A DNA stretch of 63,484 nt, filler included, from Choristocarpus tenellus KU-1152 (lineage: Eukaryota > Protista > Phaeophyceae), in NCBI GenBank assembly GCA_964200185.2. It is 7 parts of 7 records of this genome, joined end to end, with 100 filler letters (N's around TTAATTAATTAA, not from the genome) between each part and the next. Parts side by side here need not be neighbours in the genome. Positions count along the whole stretch, not along the records: positions 41,041 to 49,111 come from CAXNAD020005197.1; positions 49,212 to 54,012 come from CAXNAD020013013.1; positions 54,113 to 63,484 come from CAXNAD020003733.1; 4 more parts are not named here. One strand, written 5' to 3'. The notes below the pieces were generated by a model, which did no database searches, was not told where the DNA came from, and saw nothing but the letters and a program-made list of their open reading frames with translations. Within the stretch, counting starts at the first letter, position 1; every line of letters starts with the position of its first letter. Both the position numbers and the translations under genes were made by a program. This document shows, piece after piece, positions 48,613-60,289 of the stretch.

Positions 48613-49111
48613 CATTGTACCGGAATATGATGGTTGTGACTACTCTTGATACTTTTGATCAATATATGATTGACACATGTAAGTACTTAGTCAGGATATG
48701 ATTCTTGCACCAACCATATCCTGTGCGGCTAACTCACTTTTGATGCAGGGGAAGGGATTGTGCCCTCACTACTCAGCCTTCTTCACTGTCGGGGGATGGT
48801 GGGGTGCTAGCCTTATGTCCTTGTATGGAGGGGTATTTCAGACACTGGCTAGGTGAGAAGAAGAATTTAGAGGGGTACGGAGCACACCAGGGTTTAGAAT
48901 TTTATGTGCTATCCAGCTGGATACATATGTGCAGAGTTGTATTGATTTTATTCTGCTTGAAACTCAACAAGTATTATGAACAATAACAAGATGAAAATAT
49001 AGTATTACTGTCAACACTCAGAAGTGATGGGATGCTAAAGATGAAGGCAACATTCGATAGTGTTGGCACTTTTCTTGATACCATGATGCCCTTTCTCATT
49101 TTTTCAGGGGG

Positions 49112-49211
49112 NNNNNNNNNNNNNNNNNNNNNNNNNNNNNNNNNNNNNNNNNNNNTTAATTAATTAANNNNNNNNNNNNNNNNNNNNNNNNNNNNNNNNN
49201 NNNNNNNNNNN
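49112..49211. other. Artificial contig-joining linker
   Basis: Same 100-bp cassette. Confidence 0.98.
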
Positions 49212-49218
49212 TATGTAC

Positions 49219-51757
49219 CTCTCCACAAGAGCGATGGCGGCCCCATTGCTCCTGCTGCTTTCACAAGCAGCACTCAGCCCAAAAATTTCATCCCACACCT
49301 CATTCGCAAGTGCAAATGTGTTCACAGGGTTAGGGTTAGGGAGGGTAAGGGCTTCCAAGACTGATGATGCACCAGAGACTTGCCCCCTGTCCCCTGACGC
49401 CCCCCTCGCACCAGGCATCAGGGTAGGAGTCGGGTCGTTGTTTACGAACCACCATGAGGCGGCTAGACCAAGCGGTTGCAGGTGAGAACCGCCTGTGGCA
49501 TTCTTGAGCTCCTGCAACAACTTCAGTGTTGAGAGGGTCGGGTTTGGGATAGGAGTTTGGGGGAGGTGAGCAGGGAGGGGAGAGGAGGGGAGGGGGGATG
49601 TGATATGTACGGCATTGACACCAAGAATTTTTTTTTACGTCCTTGGTCTTGTGATGGAGCAGCTTAGAAGAACATGGCGCAAAAAAAATGTCGCTTAGGT
49701 TGTACTACTACTAATACATGCTGAAGTAGGATGTAATTTAAAAGAAACGGCGATATCTTTGGATTCTTTGTGCTTCTGTCCAGTATGAGCAGTGAATACT
49801 TGACGAGTTTGCTCATCACTTCTGCATGAAATAACGACATCGCTATAATCCCATAGAAAACATATCCTAGTGCTCTATGATCTCGCCTCTCTTGATTAAT
49901 AGACCCTTGTTCTGCCTAGCATTTGGTACTACAAGCACCAAATATGGGGTTAGGGTTAGGGTTAGGGTTAGTCCTCATTTCCGACCAGGAAAAACCAAAG
50001 ACAGCCCTTGACACCAGAATTCAATGCATTAGGAGTCCTAGCTTGTCTTTCCTTACTGACTAATGCATCATAAGCCGCGACTCACCATTTGTGGATTGTA
50101 ATAAAAAAAACATGTTTCGCCTAGTGAATCATGTGGTACACAGGATAGACAACAACCACTTGTAGGTGGAGCTGTCATCTAGCAAACAGAAAAAAAGAAA
50201 GGAAATACGCGACTGAAGCCAGTGGAAAATTAAGAGACACCCAATTCACCAATCCTGTGTACTCTGCCGTAAGTCCTGTGTGACCAAACACATGTGGATA
50301 CATGAACATCGATGTAGTCGGCAACGCACGTAATTCGCGATATCCACTTGTTTTGGCCCCTCATACATGTACGAGAGAAGTCCGGCAATGGATGCATGCC
50401 TGAGAGCGTCCTAAAGGGAAAGAAAGGCCACGAACCGGGTGGTGAGAAGGGGTCAATTCATGGGTTGTCTGGGGGTATACTTGTCATGCATACTCGTTCT
50501 TGAAGTAATGATCGGAAAATTACAAATAAAAGAGTCAAAGTATCTTAGGGTTAGGGTAGAGCCACGTCCATTTGGGGGTCAAATTCCAATATTGTGATTC
50601 TGATGTAATTTTGGCTATCTTGTTTGTTAGGAAGTGTCAATATCCTTGTTCGGGCGCACCTTTTCATAGCGTATGCATTTTACCTTCTCCGAAACTTTTC
50701 GGAGTAGGTAAAATGTCATAAAAACCCGTGGGAAGCCAAGCCCCAAATGGACAAACAGGGCAAAAATCGTACCCTCTAAGATACTTTCACTCAAAAGTGA
50801 ATCTATCTCTCGGTCTGGGCACAGTGTGGTTGTATCGATGTGCAGCGTGTGCGATCACATGTAACTAATGCAAAGGCGAGTGGCATCACTCTTTCGCCCG
50901 GGTCACAGTTCGGCGATAGGAATTCAGACAGGCAAACCGTAAGTAGCTCCAACCCATTTCAACCTCGCAATTGACAAACGGCACACACAGTGTTGCTACG
51001 ATGTTATATACTTGGTAACAAATGAAACTGAAATGGGGAACTGTACTTGGTAGTAGGTGATTAGGTGAAGTATTTTGCACTCAATATGATACAGGTTTGG
51101 TGTGGACGAGTCTGTGCAATATTCAGGTGAATGTTTTGGATCACTGACATAAAGGTAGAGGACTCGCCCAAATGTAGTAAGAAAACTGCGCCATAGAAAA
51201 TTACCTGCTGCAGTGATACAGAGTCCTCGCGGTCAGCCCAGTCCGTGACTAGGATGGAGGCCACAATGGATGACGCTAGTGCCGGCTCGTCCTCGCTCCC
51301 AACGTAAGCCATGGCAACAGCTAATCTAGTGGCTCGGTCAACCGAGGGTAAAGTGGGCCGAAGCTCCTTAGGAGAAGAGGGAGGCATTAGAGGGTTGTAT
51401 ATGAAGGGAGAAAGCGTCAAGATCATTTCTCTTCTCACCGATCACATTTCTCCAACATCGACAGAACTGAATGAAGTACTGTTTGTTGATTGGGATGGTA
51501 TCAATGTTAAGCTTTCGTATTCGGGCACAGTCCTCATTGCAAGATGGAAACCGCCAAGCTTGTCATACAAATTTAATGACACGAGAAGAAATTCCTAGGC
51601 GAGGCCCAAAGCGGCTGGATGTGGCTCGTCCTCAACTCACTTGCAGCTTTCTGAAAGAGTCCACAAGTCTTCTCCAGTCTTTTTGCTTGAGGTCTCTTTG
51701 CTTGGCAATATGCTGCAGATACAGCTCCAAGACTTCGGCTTTGATGACATCATTCAT
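49219..51757 (-). CDS. Uncharacterised multi-exon protein, 3' truncated
   Basis: GT-AG-bounded open segments: 51757-51641 (MNDVIKAEVLELYLQH...), ~51366-51205 (ELRPTLPSVDRATRLAV...), ~50410-50330 (DALRHASIAGLLSYMY...), ~50178-50086, ~49888-49718 and 49520-49219. No recognisable domain, and the model is not fully resolved. Confidence 0.55.
50532..50792 (+). mobile_element. MITE family A copy with telomerised left TIR
   Basis: The left end reads GAGTCAAAGTATCTTAGGGTTAGGGTAGA. The right end is the normal TACCCTCTAAGATACTTTCACTC. AAAA flanks. Confidence 0.93.
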
Positions 51758-52027
51758 GACGTTGTCGATCAGCCCCCCTCCGCATGCGCCTCAAGGGCTA
51801 AGTGGCGACCAATGGTGTGTTTTTTGTAGCATTGAGACACAGAAGTCTTGTCAAGTGGTGTACATATGTTCACACCAGAATAAAAATCAAAAATATTCCA
51901 ACAAATTCAAATTCAAAACCACATCCTCTACACCAATACATCAGCAGTAAAGGAACAACAATTGATTGTGTAGCTATTGAACGAGGGACGGGTTCGGAGA
52001 GAGGGAAAACCTAACCAGGAGTTGACC

Positions 52028-53531
52028 ATGCCTAATAAGAGCAAACCTGAGAGGACAGCACAGGTAGTTAGGGGCACTGTCGAGAAGTATTTTCCAAAAA
52101 CATGATCAGTTTGCTCGAGGAAGGTGGAATTGACTTGGTACCAGGAACTCTATCCTGCCACAATCTTTTAGGCGATTGCATAGGTATTAGGGTGACAGCT
52201 CAGGCATCACGGAAATAGATCTCGCCAGGAAATTCTTTCACACGGACGCCTGCACTAATCTAATAATAACCAAATGAACATATGCATGCTTGGAGCATGT
52301 TTATTTTCGCATCAAAATACCCTGCCGCCTAAGCGCAATTTTTGTCACTTTAAAAGTCACTTTTGTTTTACCCTTTGCCGCACACTTCGCACCTGCACAG
52401 CCCTCCATCTTGTCGTTCTTCAAGAAGGGCGTTGATCTGCCGACACCCCCCCACAGAAATTCAATATCGAACCCGCGATGTCCCAAGAACACCCCAGAAC
52501 CATCCTTGCGAGCTGTCCCAACCATCGCTAGTAGGACCCCATTACGAGGGAATCAGCCTCCTAAAAAGAGGCGGAGGACCAGGGGTGATAGCGCTGTCGA
52601 AGGGAACGAAGTTTCCGCTGTTGAAGGCATAGGTGTGTCAAAAGTGGGGGGAAGCGGGGGCGAGGTGAAGTCCGCAGCCCCCCCAACGAGTAGTGTAAAG
52701 CGCAGACTTCAGCAATCCACCAAAACTTCCCCCTTTAATGATGAGATTTCTCCAAGAGGGCAGGAAAATGGTGCATCAGACAATGAAAATGTGGAGCAAT
52801 CACCAGCTGCAATGCTGGAGGTGGCAGCAGAGGAGTGCGCAGGATTCACAAGAGAGGACGGTAGTGCCCAACGGACGCGATCATCTACAATTTCAGTGGG
52901 AGGCCCAAGGGAGGTTGGTACGCAGCAGTGCGGGGAGATGGGGGGTGACAGGATGATGCCACCCTCACAGATGGTACTGAATGGGATAGATAATATGGTT
53001 TCAGCGAAGGAAGTCAAACAAAAATTATGTGTGGGCAGGGCCAATTCGAAAGGAGTGGTAAGAGAGACCAAGGAGAAAGATCGTTTTGCAATTGTTGATC
53101 AGGGGGGAAAAGGCAGCAGTACAAACACGAACGAGAATCGAAAAAATGGCACTGCTGCAACCGTGGATGTGGAGGGGGTCACAGATGAGACTATAGACGG
53201 TGGAAAGTCGGAATCAGCGCAGGGCGGGGATGAGGAGGAGGAGGAAGAGGATGCAGAGGAAGCAGGGGAGGGAGAGCTTGGGGGGGGTATTTCTGCCTAT
53301 GAAAAGCAGAGGCAGGAGCGCATTCTAAGAAACCAGGCATTTCTAGCGGGTCTTGGTTTGGGGGATGTCAAGCCCACCCTGCCCTTCATGGCAAGTAGCG
53401 GGGGGAGGGGGAAGAGCAATGAGCTCAAGAGGGCGAGGGGAAAGTCCGTGAGTCATGTGAAGGACCCAGTCCCAGTGCATGTGGTCCGGCGTTCGCGTAG
53501 AGCTAGGACTCAAGACGTGTGCTACAGCGAG
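52028..53531 (+). CDS. Nuclear protein with N-terminal PIP box and WDR76/Cmr1- or CDCA7-type helix, 3' truncated
   Basis: Exons 52028-52063 and 52401-53531 splice to MPNKSKPERTAQ|PSILSFFKK, which fits the PIP consensus Qxx(I/L)xxFF. An NLS-like PKKRRR, an acidic tract, then SAYEKQRQERILRNQAFLAGLGL and VRRSRR follow. The exon ends at the donor GAG|GTATGC. Confidence 0.7.
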
Positions 53532-54012
53532 GTATGCGTGTTTATTTCTTTCAATTGAGTTATCTTTACATACACTCCATAGGTATATCACCTGCATTTT
53601 GTTTGTATCCATGGGTCTCCACAGGGCAATATATATATATATATATATATATATATTCTCCATACATATTTGTGTGAGATGAGGATGGTTGGTACAGCAA
53701 AGTAGGAGTGTTGGAGTTCTCATTGTGGAAGCCAAGGTGACATAGAGAGGTGTGGTGCATCGATGATTTTCTGAGGGCTGGTGTTGTGTTGTAATTTTTT
53801 TCCGAAGTACAATGTGTTTAGAAACCTAACCCTAACCCTAACCCTAACTTGTCTAGAAAAACACCAAACAGGCATACCCAATCCAATAAAAGAACTCTAC
53901 ATCAAGGTGCATGATATATTTCCCCCCTAGAACTCAAGTTTGTGCATCTCTGTTTCCCAGTGCTCACTCCTTCATTCCTTTATTCCCCCCCCCCCCCCCC
54001 CCACAACCCCCC

Positions 54013-54112
54013 NNNNNNNNNNNNNNNNNNNNNNNNNNNNNNNNNNNNNNNNNNNNTTAATTAATTAANNNNNNNNNNNNNNNNNNNNNNNNNNNNNNNN
54101 NNNNNNNNNNNN
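54013..54112. other. Artificial contig-joining linker
   Basis: Same 100-bp cassette. Confidence 0.98.
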
Positions 54113-54215
54113 CACGTGTTGGATTTGAAATGTCAGCAAAAAAAAGAGTTGTTTGACCGAAACGGACACCCCCTGACAAACCACACACACACACACACAC
54201 CAGATACTTTGACCC
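54113..54215 (+). mobile_element. Family-C element right end (truncated by contig start)
   Basis: GTGTTGGATTTGAAATGT...AAAAAAAGA resembles 6242-6272. It ends in CAGATACTTTGACCC, the reverse complement of the 6048 TIR, and contains (CA)n. Confidence 0.75.
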
Positions 54216-54818
54216 TTCACAGTACTAATTTTTAGTCAAAAGGGTCGCAGATATGTAGTGATGTCTCGAATTCTGACCTACGGTGTGATGCTTAACCATC
54301 ACTGACTGCACAATGTGTTCGGTGTTGCACATAGACACACATTGGTGTATAATTTCCCCCTCCCCCAGTCCCTGTTACTCCTAGACCCGGAGGAGGTCAA
54401 GAAGTGCCTAGAAAACCATGGAGGAATGGTTACACACAGATGATAAGAGTTGAATTTCAGCACAGTTTCCTGAGTATTTTTTTTCCGGTAAAGAGTGTCA
54501 CATTGAAGGGGAGAGCAGATCACAATGAGGATGTTAGAATGGTTGGGTTACGCAAGAATCTACTTTCAGGATGGATTTTTTTTTGCTGGTAGGAGAAGTA
54601 TTGCTCTGGAGTGATAGTGACTTTGTTGTTGAAGGCAATGGATACTATTGGTAGCATGCAGCATGCAAGGCATCACTTTTTGGTGCAGGTGTTAGTTTTG
54701 TGATGTGTCCCCTGACCCTATGAATATTTCTTGCCCCCTTCACTGCTGGTAGGGGGATGGAATGCTCTACTTTTGTCACTTGTTACATTTTTTACATTTT
54801 TTGCGGTGTGAAATGCAG

Positions 54819-54892
54819 TCCTTGAGAATTGATGTATCCTTGAGAATTGATGTATCCTTGAGAATTGATGTATCCTTGAGAATTGATGTATC
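54819..54892. repeat. Perfect minisatellite, 4 x 18 bp (TCCTTGAGAATTGATGTA)
   Basis: Read directly from the sequence. Confidence 0.95.
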
Positions 54893-55250
54893 TATCCCCT
54901 CTGCTGTTAAAATTTAAAAAGGGAAATTGCTATCAATACTGTGTCGTGCTGTGTGTAGATGGAGGTCATTTTCTCCATGAGCGTGAGTGACACATGAGAC
55001 ACAAGCATATTATGTAGTGTTTTCAGTCTGATCATAGCCATAGTGGGCCCTGATCTCCCCCCCCCCTGGCACATATCCGGTATGGGTGGATACAATGGTG
55101 CATTGTGTGTAATGCTGCTCATTTGTGCATGTATGCATATATATATATGTACTTCTAAGCTTTTTTGTTATTCTTTTGGGCTGGGGGCAACCCCAACAGT
55201 GTGTAATACTTCACCATTAGCTGATCTCCTTTGGTTTTGTTGGCTGGTAG

Positions 55251-58200
55251 GAGGAGGCTGCACGCAAGCGGATGTTTGACGCGACTCGCCCTGGAGGACC
55301 TGTGGCTGCTCCTGGGGCAGCAAAGGCTGGGGGTAAGGGGAACAAGCCCAACCACACCGAGGTTCACATCTTTTGCCCTAAGGTGAATGAACAGTCTATG
55401 GGGATAGTTGAGCAGAGATGCCTTTTTTTTGTGTCATGAAAAGATTGTAGGTTTTGGACTCACAACAGGCAATGTGTAAGCCATTTCTGCAGTGCATGGC
55501 TTTGTTCAGGAGACAGGCCTGTGAGATTGGTGAAGAGGAGGCTTTTTGACTTGGTGTTCGATTGTTTTGTTTTTTTAATCAAGTACTGATGTGCTCAAAT
55601 TCTTGGAAGGCGAGGACTATGGTTAGCTGGACTCTACGGTTTTGGGGGGTTAGGGTTAGGGCTAAGGCAAAGATGACACACTATAATGTCTATCGCTTGG
55701 CAAAGATGACACACTATAATGTCTATCGCTTGGCAAAGATGCATGATGGGAATTTATTGATCTAGCTACATAGTACCCCACTGGTCGCATGGTAGTGATT
55801 CGACTAGAGGGGGGTGAAAGTGGTTTTGGTTTGTGTTAGGTATTGTTTTTGTTTGGATGACAAGAATGGACATAGAGCTGTTCCACCGTTTAAAGCAAAT
55901 CTATTGCAGTTTGTTGTGTGTCTCGATGGGAATGTGGTATAGGTTTGTCATGGAAGTGCAAATCTTATTTATTTATTTTTAATCGTAGATTTTTTTGAGA
56001 AGAGAGGGAGGGAGGAATAGATAGTGTGGGCGTTTATTTATTTTTTGTTACATTATGTGGTACCAGACTCTTGGGTATGTTTTGCTTTGTGTGCACACAA
56101 ATTGGAATGCAGTGGTACCAACTTGTACTAGTATCAATTGATCAGAGTGTTCTCCTCTTGGAACTCAAGAAACACTGGGTGTGTGTAAGGTCCCTCTTGA
56201 ACCAAGAGGGACCCTTGCGTTGTTTCTAAGTTTAATGGTTCGTTAAACCTGATGGTTAGTGATGGCATTATTTCATTTTTTTTATTGGGAAGATGTGTTT
56301 ATTTCATTTTATATTAACCCTGCCTTGTTTTTTTTTTTTTTGTTTTTTTTGGGGGGGGTGGGGGTGGTACCTCCCATACTTCATGACGGTGTTTTGTCTT
56401 GTCTTGTCTTGTCTTGGGCAGGGTCTGTTGCGCTACTTTGTTGAGAAGGGAAGATCAGAGATTGCCAAGATAAAGAAGAAGAGCAGTGCTTCAGTGACCC
56501 TCATGGATTCTGATACAAGGGCAGATGGAGCAGGTCGTATCGTGCTCGCAGGCGCTCCCAAGCATGTCTCGGTGCGTTTTTGTAGACACTGATCAAGGAG
56601 AGGACTTGTTGCTAGGGGTGGGAGTTGTTGTGGCGAGAGGTGGAGTATGCAAGTCTACAGATGCTGTTTCTGCTTTTGCTGTCTATTACTGGTATTGAGG
56701 GTCACAGCAAGGGGGGTTGTGTTTATTGTGGAGGTTTTTTTGTTGATTTGTTCTCTTCTCACGTCTGTCTTGCCTTTCTCCTTCTCCCACACTATATGTT
56801 AGGTCCCATACCTGTCACCTTCCCTTCCCTTCCCTACAAATAACTTGTTACCACTGGTGCACTTTGCTTCTATGCGCTTTAGCGATGCCATGACAACATA
56901 ATGCTGAGCACCAGGGTTACCCTTGAATGTTTCGGGTTGTACTTGGCCCATAATACCTGCTATCTGGTACAAAGTTAGGTCTGATTTAGCATGTAACAGC
57001 TGCTACCAGGACAAGTTTCAGGGGGTAGTTAGTTCGCTTTGTACCAACCATTGTCAAGGACGGCACCTGTGGACAGTTACCTCCATCTTTTTTTATTTCA
57101 TAAGTTTGTTTGATCTTCTCAAAGCCATGGTCAGAGGTTGTAAAAACAGAGAAACAATAAGTGGAAGAGATGTGACAGATAAAATAAGAAAATTAATAAT
57201 AATAATAATAATAATAGTAAAAACAAAAATAACGAAAAGGAGAATGTGCTTCTGTTGTTCTAGATAAGACTTGCTCGTAGCGTCCATTGTCCAGCAATCA
57301 CTCGGTGTCATTTGCTCTGTAGTGGTTGCTGTCCTGGACAACTCTCTAGGGACCATTTGCTCTGTAATGCCTGTTGTCCAGCAAATAGCCAGGGCCATGT
57401 TTTCTCTAAGATGTGGACTATCTGGAATGTCGTTTATTGTTTGTTTTCGAAGTGTTGTGTTGTGTTGTCCTTAGTGTGCATGTTGCCTATAGTTCTTGTT
57501 ATGTAAAGACCCCCTCCTCACTGCACTCTCCATATACCCATATAGTTGCCTCCTTGCCCGTTCCCTAGCCCTGAAGTGTGAACTAGTAACACACTCAACC
57601 CTAACCCTAACACTGGTACAAGAGGCACAAGAACAGTGAAGTAGATCCTACTAGTTGGACAAAAAAAGACAAAAACTTGCACACACCACCTGACCATAAC
57701 ATCAGTCACTTGCCCCTCCCCCCCTCCCTCCCTCCCTCCCTCCCTCCCTCCCTCCCTCCACTCGTCGGTGCAAACTGTTGCCAGGCAGCAAGGGTGATGG
57801 TAGAGAACCTTTACCGCTCAAAGGGAATCAACCCAGATAGCCTACCCCATTTGCAAGGGCCCGTTGCTTCAGCAGCCCCAGCCCCCAACCTTCCCCCTCC
57901 TCAAGCCAAGCTTACCGATCCAACCCCAGGTGCGGGTGATGCCATTATTGATCGCCTTGTCCACAGCAATGCTTCCTCTTCTATTGCGTGCGGCACCCCT
58001 ACGCCTGCCCCTGCCACTACAAGAACCAGGGGGGCTACGAGAGCAAAGGGTGGAGCTGTTGGAGGCAAGGGTGGTGGGCCTGTTGTGGAGAGTGCCAAAG
58101 ATGAACTTCGGGGCATCCTTGAAGCTGCAGGATGCCCCCAGCACTATGATGTTCTCAAGAGGCATGAGTTGGACCTCCAGTCCATGGCCCTCATGTCAAC

Positions 58201-60289
58201 TGCAGACTTCAAGGCCATTGGAATCAGTCTGGTACGCATTGATATGTGCTTCAAACCGGTTCAATGCTTGTAGGCGTAGCTAATATAGCCATGGCCTATG
58301 GCCCTGCAGAAGTGAGCAAATCTAGCAGAGAGTGAAATGCCGATCACTCCATTGAGACATGAGAGAAAGTTATGCGGGTGTGTTAGACCATGAATTGTAC
58401 AACTCGTGAGGGAATTGCTCTTTATGTGAGACTCCGGACTATGTACTTGAGAGTATTTGAAGTATGTAAATGGAAGTATCCTCTGCCACCTACCCCCACC
58501 GTGTGATTCATAGCATTTTTGGTGGGGGGAGAGGTTATGGTTGTGATTGGGAGTAACAGCTTCCATACGGTGAAAGGCGCTGAGTAATTTGAAGCAAAAG
58601 AGGCTTTTTTATTTTTTATTTTTTGAGCGGGTTGTGAAAGTTCCCCCCCACAGATTCGCACTGGGACACAAGCAGCACCCATATGTTTATTTAGCGACTT
58701 AATTCATTACAGCTCACTGATTCCACTCATCCCCCGTGTCAACCCTTACACTGCCGTGGTGAGTAGATTCAAGTTAGGGCTAGGGTTAGGACTACTGTGC
58801 GGTGGGACTCTGCCCCAACAGGTGCCAGATATATTCTGCATCCTCCCCCTCCAGCCTTGCCCAAGAGTTGACTTTAGGATTATTTGTGGGTGTCCAATTT
58901 GGACTCTCTTTTTTTGCTCCTTCAGCTTCATCTCTGCCATGAAGCAGGCATTCACCGCCTAGAGCTATCCTGACAAACCTCAGGGATCGGGTCTAAAGAT
59001 TATAAAGGCGCTCGAGACTGTTAAGGCTGCTCCAAGTGCCCCGGCTCCGGCCGCCGAGGACAATGACTCAGACGGAAGCATGAGTCTGGATCCTTTTGAC
59101 AAAGATACTTGCAAAATTTGCCTTGATGCTAAAGTCCAGGTGAGGGTTGTATTTTTATGCAAGCATTTGGTATATTATTTGGAGGGATGGACAGTGTATG
59201 TCTGTGTGTGTGTATGTCCTGACAATTTGCCAACAGTTCATTCAATTATATCAGTGTGTTCAGGTGTGTCAACTAATGATGTTGTGTTTCTAGGGATAGA
59301 AAATTTTATTCGGTTTGAAATAAGAGACTACTTGAGTGAAGACGCATGTAAGCGAGGGATGCTCTGTTCATCTGCAGTAAACAGGGGTCAGCTCTAACGT
59401 TGGGCTTCGGTGGGATCCGATGCAGTGTTTGTAGTGTTGTTGATTGTCATCGTTTGAAGTGTGTATCCCCATGTGGCAAAGAACAATCGACATCGAAACG
59501 AAAGGCATAGATTTGATTGGTTGTTTTCTTGTGTGTGTGTGTGTGTGTGTGTGTGTGCTTCTCACTCTAGTCGGCATTCTGTGGGGTCATCTTGAATTGA
59601 GTGTTGCGTGCACAATTTGATTCTACTTGAGGTTGTGTACGTTAAGTCAAAATAGACAATTATCGTTTATACCCTCAAGAGAGCAGTTTGAGTTTGCTAC
59701 TGCATTGTGACGTGAGAATGGAATGGCAACGGCATGCGCATCCCTCTAGATGTGTAGATGTGTTGATGTGGCACATGACACTGTTCTCTTTGTACTTCTG
59801 AAGTTTAGCAATAGTGTAGCAATAGTGCCAAGGGGTGGTGTCAAAATTTACTTTGGCAGAAATGACGACCGTGCTTTTGTGCTTGGAGGGAGGGTGTCAG
59901 ACAGAAAGGTACCGGGTTTGGTGGTTCGTCGTGTCAAGAAAAATATGAGGGATGTCAGGTGTAAAGAGGTTGCAGGGAGTGTTCCCTGCCTTGATGGGCA
60001 TAGCAGCAGCTTTTTTTTAACATCATGTATATGCCTGAAATTTCTATGCTTTTGCTGGGCACTGATCTTGCCCATCTCCCAACATTCTGCAATGGTCAAG
60101 AAAGTACTTGAATTTGACTTTTTTTATCATCGTTCCTCTGCTATCCACCACACTCTGTTTCTATTGAAGGTGGTGTTCCTGGAGTGTGGGCACCAGATCT
60201 CCTGTGAGCGTTGTGGAAATCCCATGTTGAACCGCCCTTGTCCCATCTGCCGTGTTCGCATCACAAGAGTTTTCAAGGTGTTTGTGTGA
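55251..60289 (+). CDS. KH-like + SAM + C3HC4 RING protein (putative E3 ubiquitin ligase), 3' part
   Basis: Phase-0 exons: 55251-55382, 56422-56571, 57785-58231, 58984-59139, 60170-60289(stop). KH fold pattern EVHIFCPK|GLLRYFVEKGRSEIAKIKKKSSASV...IVLAGAPKHVS|AARVMVENL. SAM LRGILEAAGCPQHYDVLKRHELDLQSMALMSTADFKAIGISL|GSGLKIIKAL. RING CKIC...CGHQISCERC...CPICR. Confidence 0.88.
55666..55741. repeat. Perfect tandem duplication, 2.3 x 33 bp
   Basis: GGCAAAGATGACACACTATAATGTCTATCGCTT x2 plus GGCAAAGATG. Confidence 0.95.

Noticed and set aside
53629-59557. (TA)n, (TAA)n, (CCCT)n and (TG)n microsatellites, and a weak 45-bp periodicity at 57283-57385
   Set aside because: These are ordinary intronic simple repeats.
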